Shown here: piece by piece, positions 62,648 through 64,000 of the stretch
Position numbering within the stretch: the first letter of the stretch is position 1
Layout: each line of letters opens with the position of its first letter
Assembly: GCA_040954595.2 (NCBI GenBank)
Contig: CM082582.2
Location: 868,001-932,000 of the forward strand
Reading direction: 5' to 3'
DNA: 64,000 nucleotides
Source of the DNA: Balanoglossus misakiensis
Taxonomy: Eukaryota > Animalia > Hemichordata
The notes under the pieces: model-generated
Databases searched by the model: none
What the model was told of the DNA's origin: nothing
Seen by the model: only the letters and a program-made list of their open reading frames with translations
Position numbers and translations under genes: made by a program

Positions 62648-64000
62648 CGCAGTGATTGCCCCATCTGTCAGTATGACCTACAACACTGCAACTTGACTAA
62701 GGTTTGTACAACAGCCATCAAATACTGGCCAAGGACTACAACTGAAACATTGCCCAGATTAGTAGTGACCCAGGTCACACTGACAGAACAGCCTTTTAGC
62801 CGGTATCCGAAAGCCTGAAACCATCCAAACCAGCCACACATTCCAGAGTTTGCAACAAATGACCTTGTGACCAGCCACACTATTTCCCATGATTCAATTG
62901 GCATCACTGGAATACTCTGGTCCCTTCCCCAAACCCACTGCTGGCCACGTTACACTGGGGTCAGGTACGTCCCGATATGCCCAGAAACCTGGGCAGACCA
63001 TGTGATCATAAACAAGATGGATGCCTGGAATAACCGTATGCCAGTCAAGATTAAACCAGCCAGTTTATGTTGTTTCATTTGTCGTAAAGTTGGAAATCGA
63101 ATGGTAAACATTCTTGGAGGTGAAGGAGAGAACGTGAAATGAGTATCTAACAAGAACTTAACACTTTAATGCTCGTATTAATTGACAAATGAGAGCCATG
63201 TTTACAATAGGCCACGCCTGACCCTTCCCCTTTAGCGTAGCGCATCCAGCGATGGGATTGGGGCAGGGGACCAGACTACCACTGGAAGTCCTAAGACATA
63301 ATCATGTTTTCAGTAATATACTGGCACACAGTCATGACCTAGCACAATCTTCCCTGACAGAGTTGATAAAAATTGATTTATTTGCAAACTAAACTTGTGA
63401 CTAAATGATGTCATTGTTACATTATGAAAACCATTGCTGTGATCAGCAAACTACTTTCATATTCATTATGACGTTTGCAATAGATAATCTGAGTCACTCT
63501 AGTTTTGTTCAAAATGTTGCAGAATAACCACAGAAATAATTTTGGACTCAACATTACATTGAATTCACATTACAAAGTTTAATGATTTGCTTTTAGTATC
63601 TAATTTACATTACAAAACAAAAACAACATTACACGTGATGAAAGACAACAAAATCACCAATACATGACAAGAAATAAGTCTAACCATGCTTTAGAAGATC
63701 TAGAAAGAATTGAACAACACTAAACAAAGGAATTAACTCAAAGTTATGACGGCCAAAATAAGACGCGGCACAACAAAGGCATCACACACTAACACAGTCT
63801 GGGAAGTGTTACTGTTAACAAGAAGTCCTGCTTACCAGAAATAGCAAGATAAAAACAATAGTATTAACGCAATATATTTCATTTGTACTGCAAAAAAACA
63901 AAGTTTAAATTTGCATTAACGGTGAAATAGCATAACACTGATCTCACAAGGAATTTCAGATAACAGAACTGCTAATTTACATACCAACGTAATCAAATTT

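Larger units (their letters stand above)
24467..64000 (-). mobile_element. Putative autonomous giant Helentron; left end seen, right end not found (end coordinate is the window edge; strand is that of RepHel)
   Basis: The outermost left hairpin has no matching right end. The third body copy (27488 on) has no terminus and decays through ~235-bp subrepeats to ~30 kb, towards the RepHel ORF. Extent beyond ~41 kb is inference. Confidence 0.5.

Overview
AT-rich animal genomic DNA (probably a marine invertebrate; the species cannot be determined here) made almost entirely of nested transposable elements. No conventional host gene was recognised. Main contents: (1) HINE/DINE-like non-autonomous Helentron elements, a Harbinger-type MITE and an Academ-like relic in 1-10 kb. 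(2) A young but internally deleted Ty3/Gypsy LTR retrotransposon (10276-14202). (3) Scrambled, partly inverted copies of a spliced OB-fold (RPA/SSB-like) gene at 15.6-20.7 kb. (4) A ~309-bp tandem repeat interrupted by a 5'-truncated L2/CR1-group LINE. (5) Starting in that LINE's tail, a Helentron (Helitron2-type) left end with two ~1.4-kb non-autonomous derivatives nested inside it, Russian-doll style. (6) An intact 2357-aa OTU-Rep-PIF1 helicase-AP endonuclease ORF. (7) An ~8-kb array of a 208-bp repeat with higher-order structure. (8) A divergently oriented, apparently intact six-exon ~296-aa OB-fold gene that the ORF track does not assemble, with fold-back elements in its introns. The best candidate system is a possibly >39-kb Helentron carrying its own spliced single-stranded-DNA-binding gene and an internal satellite. 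Its right terminus was not found in the window, so the extent is inferred.
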